From an uncultured archaeon (GTDB lineage Archaea; Thermoplasmatota; Penumbrarchaeia; JASLWR01), in assembly GCA_964342815.1 (NCBI GenBank), contig CAYFHS010000002.1, positions 3,079 through 67,078 on the forward strand: DNA of 64,000 nucleotides. Reading direction: 5' to 3'. This document shows positions 28,989-38,056 of the stretch, in pieces. Under the pieces are notes generated by a model. It did not search any database. It worked only from the letters and a program-made list of their open reading frames with translations, and was not told the DNA's origin. Numbering within the stretch: the stretch's first letter is position 1; the number at the start of each line of letters is the position of its first letter. The translations under genes were made by a program, and so were the position numbers.

Positions 28989-29378
28989 ATGTTCTGGGCC
29001 AAATTACCCGGCCACGTTAAGGCATCCGTCTTTCTTATCCTCACGTTCCTCCTGGGTCTGTTCGTGATTTCATTCAACTGGTTCTTCCATTCTTTTGCCG
29101 TCGATGTATTGCCCGGCATATTGATCGTATTTCTTTTCCTTTTTTTATTTGTTGGAATCATATCCTCACTTATAGCTCTGGTAGGCATATTCATCAGATT
29201 AAAATTCAGATGGATATTACTTTTCACAGTTCTCTCTTTTCTTGGAAGCGGCGTATGTTTCTTGAGGGTCAGCATAATGTCTCTCTTTTCACTCATCGCT
29301 TTATTCATCGTTCTCATCAACTATAATGATTTTATAGTCAGGAACCAGCAATATAAAAAAATGACTAACTGGGATTGA
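28989..29378 (+). CDS. Small membrane protein (four TM helices)
   Basis: 129 aa, almost entirely hydrophobic helices. Confidence 0.45.
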   Translation: MFWAKLPGHVKASVFLILTFLLGLFVISFNWFFHSFAVDVLPGILIVFLFLFLFVGIISSLIALVGIFIRLKFRWILLFTVLSFLGSGVCFLRVSIMSLFSLIALFIVLINYNDFIVRNQQYKKMTNWD

Positions 29379-29439
29379 ATTTGATTTTTACTGCCTGCGG
29401 CCTATAAAAAATATATTTTTATGTGTACCTCTAAGTCTT

Positions 29440-29700
29440 TTCATGTAAAGACGGGAACAAAGTGACTGTCTTCTTGGTAAAGGTGTCCCGTACCGGGCCC
29501 TATTACTTGTTCAGCCAAGCCCATAGGTCTTGGCTTCTCAAGTAAGATGTGCCAGAATGGGTCGGCTTTACACGTAAAGACACACCTGTTGGCATGTCAA
29601 ACTTTCAAGCCGGGCCAGTAGGCGACATAGAAACGAATGTTTCTATTAGCCCTAATAGAATCTTGATTCTATGTCGGGACCCGGCTTTTCAAGAGAAGGA
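29440..29700. other. Palindrome-rich, possibly structured RNA region in a 420-bp intergenic gap upstream of the 1995-aa gene
   Basis: Seen directly: nested inverted repeats (CGACATAGAA...TTCTATGTCG enclosing TAGAAAC/GTTTCTA and ATAGAATC/GATTCTAT), GCCGGGCC...GGACCCGGC, ACGGGA...TCCCGT, AGCCAAG...CTTGGCT. TATA-like 'CCTATAAAAAATATATTTTTA' at 29401-29421 upstream. Strand and identity undetermined. Confidence 0.25.
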
Positions 29701-29799
29701 TATGATGCACAAAAAGTTATAATGAACCTTGCAAATACATTTGAAAATTAAAGGTAAATCATATCCACATACCGAAAGTAATATTCGGGGGATGATAAT

Positions 29800-32700
29800 A
29801 TGATAAATGGAAAACGAATGGCAATGATTATGATTCTACTATTCATTTTGAGCAATCTACTGGCAATAATTGATATTCCATTACTCGAACCGTGTGGTTC
29901 AGGTGCTAAGGTCGAAGCAGCCAATATCATCGTAGACGAAGGTGGCGGTCAAGATCACCAAAGCATACAGGATGCCATAGACGCTGCAAATCCGGGAGAT
30001 ACCATACTGGTTTATAACGGCTCGTACAACGAGACTATACTAGTCAATAAAACCGTCACTCTAATAGGCAATGGAACAGAAAATACGATAATTGACGGCG
30101 AAGGAAAAGGCTCAACGGTAATGAACATTACCGCAAATGGAGTGAACGTATCCGGTTTTAATGTTCGTCATACCGGCCTGGGAGGTGATATGGCCGGAAT
30201 TTTGATATACGGAGCAAAAAATTGCAAGATCGAGAACAATAACTGTTCATACAATGTGTTGGGAATTGGTCTAATAAATGCAAGTAATAATACCTTGGCC
30301 AATAACACTTTGATATTCAACTTCTGGGGTGTTTACCTCCACTCATCAGCAAATAACACCATCGAGAATAATTCGTTTTCCTCCAACTTCTTTGGATTAT
30401 CTGTAAACTTATCCTATAATAACCTTATAATCAATAACACGCTCGATTCAGATCATTACATGGGCGCCCCCTTAAACCCTCCCGACCATGACGGAAACGG
30501 GATTGATGACGATAAGGAGGGACAGAACATGATGGCGGACTCGGATAACGATGGTTTAATTAATATCGATGAAGGCGGGGAGCCTATCGGGGGTCCAGGA
30601 GGAAAAGATGGAGGTCCCGGAGGAAAGGACGGAGGTCCGCCAGGTACCGACCCTTTTGAGCCCGATTCCGACTGGGACGGATTGGCCGATGGCCTGGAGA
30701 TAATACTGGGTTTTAATCCGGATGACTGGGATAGTGATAATAACGGAATTTGGGACAGGGCCGAGATCGATAATTATGGCATCGGAGGCGTGATGAGCAG
30801 CAGGAACACCATCAGGAATAATACCTGTACGAACTACGATAACGGTATTTATTTGGTTTCGTCCGATAACAACACTATAGATGGATGCAATCCATCTCAT
30901 AACAGTTATGGAATACGCATTATTTTGGGGAATTACAATATAATTACCAATGGAACTTCATCACACAATAATAAAGGTATTTACATTCAATTGGCAAATC
31001 AAAATTTAATATCGAACGGAACGGTATCGACCAACAATTATGGTATTTACATCGAATCGGGGAGAAACAATACCTGTATGAATGAAAACATATCTCACAA
31101 CGCCCTGGGCATCAAACTCCTCACATCGTTTAACAACAACATTCATAATAATACATTGATGGATAATAATTTTCGGTCAGCTCATCCGGCACACTGGGAC
31201 ACGGATGGGAACGGGATACCTGACAACCAGGAAGATCCATACAGCAATGCGAGCGCCGATTCCGATGGGGACGGTCTCACCAACGGCGAGGAGATGGAAC
31301 TTGGAGAGTGGGACCCGCAAAATCCCGATATGGATGATGATGGTTTGACAGACGGCCTTGAGGCGGCATTCGATCTAAACCCTTATGACAGCGACAGTGA
31401 CGGGGACGGCATCGACGATTATATAGAACACAACAACCGCCATATTTCCTTGGAATTGTCCGACAATAACAACATCACAGACAACCTTTGTGTGAATACA
31501 TCTGAGGGAATTTTTCTTATCAATTCGAGCCTGAATTCCTTGATAAACAATATTCTGGACTACAGTGTATCATATGGAGTGTACATTTATTCCGGTACAA
31601 ACAATTCGGCATATGACAATCAATTTGTCAATAACAATAACGGCAGCGTGCAGGCAAAGGATAACGGTACCGGGAATTTCTGGAATAAAACGGCCGGAAG
31701 AGCTGCGGGAAAGGGCAATTTCTGGTCGGATTACCTCGAGAGGTACCCTTCGGCATCCAGCGATGGGAATACATGGAACAATCCTTACGTCATAAACGGT
31801 TCTGCGGGAACTCAGGACAACTCTCCCCTTTATCTTCCCTTCGGGGTGACTGACAACAGTCCCGGGAATGGAACAACCGGGGATGGATTCCATTTTGAGA
31901 TCGATTTTCCCGATTCCATCGACGTGAGCTCATTCAAGGCAAACTACAGCCACGGGGGACAGAAAGGAAATCTTTCGCTGGCCAAAACCGGAGGCAGCTG
32001 GACGGGAAACATAGTGCTCGATCATGATCTTGCCAATCTCACCTATACACTGTATATCAATTCCAACAACAGTTACAATTTCACCATTTCCGAAAAACAA
32101 ATTGCCATTGTCGATAACGACCATCCGGTCCTTTCGGATGATACCAGCAGGGATAATTCCACCACCGGAGACGAATTTATTTTCAACATAAGCGCTTCCG
32201 ACAATATCGAAGTGGATGCCGTATTTGCTGACTGGACCCACGGCGGGCTGGGGGATAACGAATCCCTAACCCTGACCAATGGATACTGGATCGGGAACGC
32301 AACTATCGATGATAATCTGGGCAACCTCGCCTATACAATATACATCAACGACACGTCGAATAACTACCACACTGCCGCCCAGCAGGTAATTCCGGTGGCC
32401 GATAACGATCGGCCCATCATCGTGGACAACAGCCCAATCGCCGGTACCACCGGAGACCTCTTTGAGTTCAACGTCAGTGTGTCGGATAACATTGAGATCG
32501 ATACTGTTTTCGTCCAGTGGGCACACGGCAATTTCAGCGGAAACGAGTCTATGAACATATCCAATGGTTTCTGGATGGCAACAATACGGCTGGATAATAA
32601 TAATGAAAATCTTTCATATACAGTCCACGCAAACGATACTTCCAACAACTACAATACCCGTTCTCCGCAATTGGCAGTCATCTCCGACAATGACGTGCCG

Positions 32701-35700
32701 GACCTCATAAACGACAGCAGTTCCGATAATGGGACAACAGGCGACCTGTTTCTTTTCAACGTCACCGCATCGGATAACATAAATGTCAGCTCCATCCATA
32801 TCAGCTGGAGCCATGGTGGAAAGAATGGAAATGAATCGCTGGACCGAACGGGTGGATACTGGCTTGGAAACATCTCTCTCGACCATAGTCTCGGAAATCT
32901 TACCTATATAATTTATGTCATGGATTCTTCGGGTAACTATAATATTTCCTCCAATCGAACGGTAGAGGTTTCCGACAACGACAAACCGTCGTTCACCGAC
33001 AACACCGGATCGAAGGGTACGACGGGGGATTTTCTTTACTTCAACGTCAGCGCGGCTGACAATATAGGCGTTTTTTCTGTCAACATCATCTGGAATCACG
33101 GGCTTTCAGGATCTAATCTATCCCTGGTCAAAACAGACGGCTTCTGGACGGGAAATATCATCGTGGATCACAATACTGCCGGGCTGACCTACAGGGTAAT
33201 GGTGAAAGATAGCTCGGGAAATATTATTATCGGCCAGTTGCGAACTGTCACGGTAACTGACAATGACATTCCAATCGTCCATGCGGGTAAGGACGTCGTC
33301 GTAGAGGAGAATGGAACTGTTACCTTCGACGCTAACGCTTCAGATAACAGTGGAATCGACAATTATACCTGGTCTTTTATTTACAATAATAGCAAAGTTG
33401 TTCTTTACGGTCCGAATCCCCAGTTCAAATTCGATGAACCGGGAAATTACACCGTGGATCTCAATGTTACGGATGCCTCCGGAAATGTCAATTCAACGCA
33501 AATCACCGTCACAGTGCTTCCCAAAGACGTTCCGGTTGAGATAGACCGGGTGCCGCCGGTGATAAATCACAATCCAAAAACGAAGGTGGAGATAAACAAG
33601 AATATCACCATCACAGCCGTGATCACCGATAATGTTGAGGTAATGTCGGTAAAATTGTTTTACAAAAACGTGGGTGATGCAAACTATTCAAGTTTAATAA
33701 TGGAGCCCACCGGGTCCATTGACAGTTACTATGCCGTCATACCCTCTCAAAGCCAGTTAGGGAACGTCAGTTATTATATATATGCCACAGACGGGCTCAA
33801 CGAGATCACGCTGCCCGGAAACATCAGCAGATCCTTCAGCATCACTGTCTCCGAGGAAGAAGAGCCCAAAGAAGGGCCCAAAATAAAAATAAATACACCA
33901 AAGAAAGGAGACACGATAAAAGGAAAAATCACCATAAACGTGTCCACCGTAAACGGGTACATCGGTGATGAATACGTTAATATCGTAAAGGTAGAGATCA
34001 AAATCATGGATACATCATCATACAATCAGATCGCTGAATTTTCGAAGACAATTTCAGATAATTCATCGAATAAATGGTTCACATTCACCTGGAATACCAG
34101 CGAGCACGACGATGGGAAATATGAAATAAACGCTATAGGATATTCCGCTGAAGATGGAAATGTTACAAATTTGACAAAGCAGATATCCACCGAAGTAGGA
34201 GTTACTGTGGAAAATGATGATACGCCTTCAATAGCCGGGGCAGTTGCCGGAACGGTGGTTGGGGTAGCGGCGGCGGTCGGTGCCGCCACCATTGCAAGCG
34301 GAGCTGCCACAGGAGTCATCAGTGCGGGAGGAGGTGTCGCATCCACCAGCGGCTCAATATTCGGCAAATTGCTGGGATACCTGGACAAGCTTCTTGATCC
34401 CTTGCAGAAAAAGGCCGAAAGGGCGCTGGAAGAACGGACCGGGAAGGATGCTACCGAATTCTCAATTGCTTCTCCCATAATTACAAAAGGACAGATCAAA
34501 TCACTCGTTATCGCCATATTTGCACTTATGATCCCACTCACTTATGTTCAGGTCAATGGGGGATTCTTTTTCACTTGGGGCGGTGACAAGGCCTTTTCCT
34601 GGACCGAATATTACCAGGCGCTTCCTTCCGTATTCCTGACGGCTGCGATCTTCCTCATCGCACTTGGCCTTGCCGAGGTTTATGCGGTCAGATTGCGAAA
34701 ACAATGGACCGAGTTCAAGGTTTGGGGCGTGGGCATGTTCTCGCTTTTCATTTCCTCGTTCTTCTTCATACTACCCTTCGGTATGACTGCTCGACTGGAT
34801 CAGGGATACTGGGAGAGGATCGACAAGAAGGGTTTTGGCTACGTGGGCCTGGCCAGGTATTTTGTGACTTTGACGCTAATCCTTCCGTTCTTCCTGATGT
34901 TACTGGCCGGTCTCAAAACTGCAGGTGAATCGGGAATGTTGATCTGCCTGATGACGTTCCTCTACAGCATGATGCCCTTCGGGGAATCGCCTGGAAGATA
35001 CATATTCAAATGGAAAAAATCGGTCTGGATCATAGGTGGAATCTTCTCAGCTATTGTCTTTTACGGGTGGTGGTTTCAATTCATCCCTCGAATGTTCTAT
35101 TTCATATTCGGTATAATCGGACTGGCGGGTGCAGGCTACGTCTATATTCACCTTATGAGGGATAGCAGTAACCTCAAAAAGGAACGAGAGAGGACCCTGA
35201 GAAAGACAGCCACGAAAAGATTGCATGGTGATGACGAGGATGAAGAGGACGAGGAGGATGAAGAGAAGGAAGAGGAAGAGCCCGTTATAAAAGAGGAGAC
35301 CATTGAAGGCGATGATGAGGACACCGGGGATGATGACGAGAAAAAAGAGGAAACCGATGTATGGGATTCTGAGGAACTACCGGTACCGGTGGATGAGGGG
35401 GGAGAGGTCGAGCCGGGTGAGCCGCCTGCGCCGCCTGAAGATGTGGATGCCGAGGACCAATCAGGGATAGAAGAGGAACCGGAGCTGCAGGAACCTCCGG
35501 AGGATGAGAGGGAATTGGAAGAGCCTGCGGAGTCGGATGATTTCCCTTCTCTCGATGACGATCCCGAACCGGACGAAGCTCCCAAACCGTCAGAAGACAT
35601 GGATTCTGATGAATTCTCCCCGCTGGATGACGAAGTCGAATCAGAAGAAGCGGCAGCGTCAGAGGAGATTGCGGACAGTGATGAATTTCTAGCACCGGTT

Positions 35701-35787
35701 GAAGAATTTGAAGAACCGCCTGAACCGGTTGGGAACGACGACCCGGACGAGATGGAACTGGATCTGCCACCAGTCCCACCGGACTAA
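29800..35787 (+). CDS. Giant surface/membrane protein (1995 aa): signal, beta-helix domain with two inserted TSP3-like Ca-binding (DxDxDG) repeat clusters, about six Ig-like repeats, PKD domain, further beta-sandwich domains, Gly/Ala-rich linker, seven-helix C-terminal membrane domain, about 190-aa polyacidic tail
   Basis: SD-like 'GGGGGATG' 8 nt upstream. 'DEGGGQDHQSIQDAIDAANPGDTILVYNGSYNE..VTLIGNG' is paralogous to the N-terminus of the 11653..15741 product. Asp-rich loops at 30455-30760 and 31195-31420. Repeats 'DNDxP...TTGDxFxFNxSxSDNIxV'. Hydrophobic block at 34500-35150. Tail rich in D and E at 35220-35784. Confidence 0.85.
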   Translation: MINGKRMAMIMILLFILSNLLAIIDIPLLEPCGSGAKVEAANIIVDEGGGQDHQSIQDAIDAANPGDTILVYNGSYNETILVNKTVTLIGNGTENTIIDGEGKGSTVMNITANGVNVSGFNVRHTGLGGDMAGILIYGAKNCKIENNNCSYNVLGIGLINASNNTLANNTLIFNFWGVYLHSSANNTIENNSFSSNFFGLSVNLSYNNLIINNTLDSDHYMGAPLNPPDHDGNGIDDDKEGQNMMADSDNDGLINIDEGGEPIGGPGGKDGGPGGKDGGPPGTDPFEPDSDWDGLADGLEIILGFNPDDWDSDNNGIWDRAEIDNYGIGGVMSSRNTIRNNTCTNYDNGIYLVSSDNNTIDGCNPSHNSYGIRIILGNYNIITNGTSSHNNKGIYIQLANQNLISNGTVSTNNYGIYIESGRNNTCMNENISHNALGIKLLTSFNNNIHNNTLMDNNFRSAHPAHWDTDGNGIPDNQEDPYSNASADSDGDGLTNGEEMELGEWDPQNPDMDDDGLTDGLEAAFDLNPYDSDSDGDGIDDYIEHNNRHISLELSDNNNITDNLCVNTSEGIFLINSSLNSLINNILDYSVSYGVYIYSGTNNSAYDNQFVNNNNGSVQAKDNGTGNFWNKTAGRAAGKGNFWSDYLERYPSASSDGNTWNNPYVINGSAGTQDNSPLYLPFGVTDNSPGNGTTGDGFHFEIDFPDSIDVSSFKANYSHGGQKGNLSLAKTGGSWTGNIVLDHDLANLTYTLYINSNNSYNFTISEKQIAIVDNDHPVLSDDTSRDNSTTGDEFIFNISASDNIEVDAVFADWTHGGLGDNESLTLTNGYWIGNATIDDNLGNLAYTIYINDTSNNYHTAAQQVIPVADNDRPIIVDNSPIAGTTGDLFEFNVSVSDNIEIDTVFVQWAHGNFSGNESMNISNGFWMATIRLDNNNENLSYTVHANDTSNNYNTRSPQLAVISDNDVPDLINDSSSDNGTTGDLFLFNVTASDNINVSSIHISWSHGGKNGNESLDRTGGYWLGNISLDHSLGNLTYIIYVMDSSGNYNISSNRTVEVSDNDKPSFTDNTGSKGTTGDFLYFNVSAADNIGVFSVNIIWNHGLSGSNLSLVKTDGFWTGNIIVDHNTAGLTYRVMVKDSSGNIIIGQLRTVTVTDNDIPIVHAGKDVVVEENGTVTFDANASDNSGIDNYTWSFIYNNSKVVLYGPNPQFKFDEPGNYTVDLNVTDASGNVNSTQITVTVLPKDVPVEIDRVPPVINHNPKTKVEINKNITITAVITDNVEVMSVKLFYKNVGDANYSSLIMEPTGSIDSYYAVIPSQSQLGNVSYYIYATDGLNEITLPGNISRSFSITVSEEEEPKEGPKIKINTPKKGDTIKGKITINVSTVNGYIGDEYVNIVKVEIKIMDTSSYNQIAEFSKTISDNSSNKWFTFTWNTSEHDDGKYEINAIGYSAEDGNVTNLTKQISTEVGVTVENDDTPSIAGAVAGTVVGVAAAVGAATIASGAATGVISAGGGVASTSGSIFGKLLGYLDKLLDPLQKKAERALEERTGKDATEFSIASPIITKGQIKSLVIAIFALMIPLTYVQVNGGFFFTWGGDKAFSWTEYYQALPSVFLTAAIFLIALGLAEVYAVRLRKQWTEFKVWGVGMFSLFISSFFFILPFGMTARLDQGYWERIDKKGFGYVGLARYFVTLTLILPFFLMLLAGLKTAGESGMLICLMTFLYSMMPFGESPGRYIFKWKKSVWIIGGIFSAIVFYGWWFQFIPRMFYFIFGIIGLAGAGYVYIHLMRDSSNLKKERERTLRKTATKRLHGDDEDEEDEEDEEKEEEEPVIKEETIEGDDEDTGDDDEKKEETDVWDSEELPVPVDEGGEVEPGEPPAPPEDVDAEDQSGIEEEPELQEPPEDERELEEPAESDDFPSLDDDPEPDEAPKPSEDMDSDEFSPLDDEVESEEAAASEEIADSDEFLAPVEEFEEPPEPVGNDDPDEMELDLPPVPPD

Positions 35788-35867
35788 GGTGCTACGAATG
35801 GACATATCCGGATACGTTCGAAACCTCTGTTTATAGAGGATGGGTGTGGCCAATTTTTCTTCACTAA

Positions 35868-35882
35868 AAGTTTATATAATGT
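35868..35882 (+). promoter_or_regulatory. TATA-like box (AAAGTTTATATAATG) about 70 nt upstream of the 35952 start
   Basis: AT-rich TATA-like element. 'AGGTGG' SD at 35941-35946 precedes the ATG. Motif only, no functional data. Confidence 0.3.
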
Positions 35883-35951
35883 TTATACAATAGATAACAT
35901 TCAACAATCTTGCGAAGAGATTGATGAGTAATCAATTTCAAAGGTGGGTTC

Positions 35952-38039
35952 ATGAAAAGGACTGCAACGATAATAATGGTTACACTTGCATTGCTAAGTA
36001 TGTCGATGATTTCGAATAACATTTTCGGAGTTACTCCGGGTGATATCGAAGATCCGGTGGCCAATGCCGGAGAAGATAAATGGGTTGAGCAGGGTGGCAT
36101 CGTAACTTTCAACGCCAGCAGCAGCACGGATAATGTGGGCATCATATACTACACGTGGACGTTCACTGACGTAGATGAAAAGATACTTTACGGCCAGGAG
36201 GTGAATTATACCTTCAACAATGCCGGGGACTTCCTTGTAACCCTGAACGTCAGCGACGCGGCGGAGAATTGGAACATTGACACTATTACGGTGACAGTGA
36301 TGGATAATACCTCGCCAACTGCGATTGCAGGAGAAGATCTGGTGGCAGACCTGAATGCGGAAATCACCTTCGACGGAACTAATTCCACCGATAACGTGGG
36401 CATCATAAATTACACTTGGATTTTCAACTACAATGGTAGTGAAATAAATCTGTATGAAGAGATTGCAACCTTCGTTTTTGAGAAATCCGGAAACTACTTG
36501 ATCACCCTCGAAGTGCGGGACCATCACGGGAACATGGGTATGGACGAGTTCTGGGTTAACGTAACCGGTGAGGCAGACGCGGAAAACCCTGTGTGTGACG
36601 CAGGTGCGGACAAAACCGTTATCGTAGGTTCACAAGTCACGCTGGACGGCGGCGCATCGACGGATAATATCGGGATAAATGAATGGACATGGACATTCAT
36701 CTACAACGGAAGCGAACGGGTGTTATACGGAAAAACGGCATATTTCATCTTCGAAATTACTGGTAACTATTCCATCACCCTTGCTGTGGCAGATGCTTTT
36801 GGCAACTCCGATAACGACACGATATGGGTCAATGTGACCGAGACAATAGCAGTTGATACAGTAGCACCGGTGGCAAAAGCAGGTGTAGGCCGAACAGTCG
36901 ATAACGGAACAATGGTCCAATTCGATGCCGGTGCGTCCACGGATAATATTGGGGTCGTCAACTGGACATGGACGTTCACCTACAATGGTTCGGGGTACGA
37001 GCTGTACGGTAAAACGATATCATTTCGTTTCGATTTTGCCGGGAATTACACCATAACTCTTGCAGTGGCCGATGCTGCAGGAAATCTTGATACCGATACA
37101 ACTTGGATCAATGTTACCAAGCCTGCAACTTCGGATACCGTGGCACCGGTGGCGATTGCGGGGGTGGACCGGACTGTGGAGCTAGGAACGCTGGTCCAGT
37201 TTGACGGTAGCGCTTCTACAGATAATATAGGGGTGATAAACTACACTTGGACGTTTACTTATGATGGTGTAGTGCAGAAATTATACGGTGAAAAACCGAG
37301 TTTCAGATTCGATACTTCAGATAACTATTCGTTAACTTTAAGTGTATTGGACAAAGCTGGCAACCAAGGTGAGAGCAATTTTTTTGTTCAAGTAAAGGAG
37401 GGGGCCCCTCAACCTTTCACTCTTGGTCCCTTTATGGATAAGGATGGAAATCCCGTCGAGGGTCTGGATGTGACCATAACTATTGTCGGCACAGAATATA
37501 CTGAAAAAACCAATGAGAACGGCAAATCAACCTTCCATAACACGCCTTCGCCTCAAAATGATGATCCTGTGGTTGTTAAACAGGATGGTTTGGTCGTCTT
37601 TGAAGGTAAATTTAGCGAGTCAATGAAAAGCAGCCTGCTTTCCAAATCAAAAGAACCCGAAGATTTTTTATCAAAAGTACCGTGGCTGTGGGTTGGTGTA
37701 GCTGGAGGCGCTCTGCTGCTGATAATCATCATAATCATAGTGATCAAAAAAAGAAGGAATTATGATGACGACGACGATGACGATGATTACGAGTACGGCG
37801 AGTTCATCGAGACGAAAGCCTGCCACAAGTGCGGCGAGCTGTTACCGACCTTTGACACCAAGTTCTGTCAGGAATGCGGCGAGGATCAGGACCCATTTAG
37901 CGGCCCCACAATCACCAAAGAGGAAAAACTGTGTGTAAAATGCTACGTTCCGGTATTACCTCCCGACTCACCGTTCTGCCAGAACTGCGGAGCAAACCAG
38001 CAGTCCATTGCGGGAAGCGAACAGGGAAGGGGCTTTTAA
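35952..38039 (+). CDS. Surface protein: signal, five PKD domains, carboxypeptidase-regulatory-like domain, TM anchor, poly-Asp, cytoplasmic double zinc-ribbon
   Basis: 695 aa. Five units of the type 'GEDxxV...VTFDGS-STDNVGIINYTWTF'. TM 'WLWVGVAGGALLLIIIIIIVI'. 'DDDDDDDDYEY'. Two CxxC-x13-CxxC units (CHKCGELLPTFDTKFCQECG; CVKCYVPVLPPDSPFCQNCG) at 37821-37991. Confidence 0.85.
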   Translation: MKRTATIIMVTLALLSMSMISNNIFGVTPGDIEDPVANAGEDKWVEQGGIVTFNASSSTDNVGIIYYTWTFTDVDEKILYGQEVNYTFNNAGDFLVTLNVSDAAENWNIDTITVTVMDNTSPTAIAGEDLVADLNAEITFDGTNSTDNVGIINYTWIFNYNGSEINLYEEIATFVFEKSGNYLITLEVRDHHGNMGMDEFWVNVTGEADAENPVCDAGADKTVIVGSQVTLDGGASTDNIGINEWTWTFIYNGSERVLYGKTAYFIFEITGNYSITLAVADAFGNSDNDTIWVNVTETIAVDTVAPVAKAGVGRTVDNGTMVQFDAGASTDNIGVVNWTWTFTYNGSGYELYGKTISFRFDFAGNYTITLAVADAAGNLDTDTTWINVTKPATSDTVAPVAIAGVDRTVELGTLVQFDGSASTDNIGVINYTWTFTYDGVVQKLYGEKPSFRFDTSDNYSLTLSVLDKAGNQGESNFFVQVKEGAPQPFTLGPFMDKDGNPVEGLDVTITIVGTEYTEKTNENGKSTFHNTPSPQNDDPVVVKQDGLVVFEGKFSESMKSSLLSKSKEPEDFLSKVPWLWVGVAGGALLLIIIIIIVIKKRRNYDDDDDDDDYEYGEFIETKACHKCGELLPTFDTKFCQECGEDQDPFSGPTITKEEKLCVKCYVPVLPPDSPFCQNCGANQQSIAGSEQGRGF

Positions 38040-38056
38040 AATTTTCAAAAACCTCA
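38036..38056. terminator. Candidate bidirectional T-rich terminator between convergent genes (14-bp spacer)
   Basis: 'TTTTAAAATTTTCAAAAACC' gives T-runs on both strands, directly after the stops of the convergent 35952..38039 (+) and 38054..41461 (-) genes. Archaeal terminators are oligo-T. Inference only. Confidence 0.3.

Noticed and set aside
29440-29700. Checked whether the structured intergenic region is SRP RNA, RNase P RNA or a tRNA
   Set aside because: I found no RNase P P4 core (AGGAAAGUCCGGGC-like), no SRP helix-8 motifs and no tRNA T-loop (GTTCGAATC-like) by eye on either strand. It is kept only as an unassigned candidate structured region.
35148-35779. Minus-strand ORFs of 150 and 164 aa (Ser-rich; Pro/His-rich) near the 3' end of the 1995-aa gene
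   Set aside because: Antisense to the GAx-rich acidic-tail coding region (poly-Ser, Pro and Leu artefacts).
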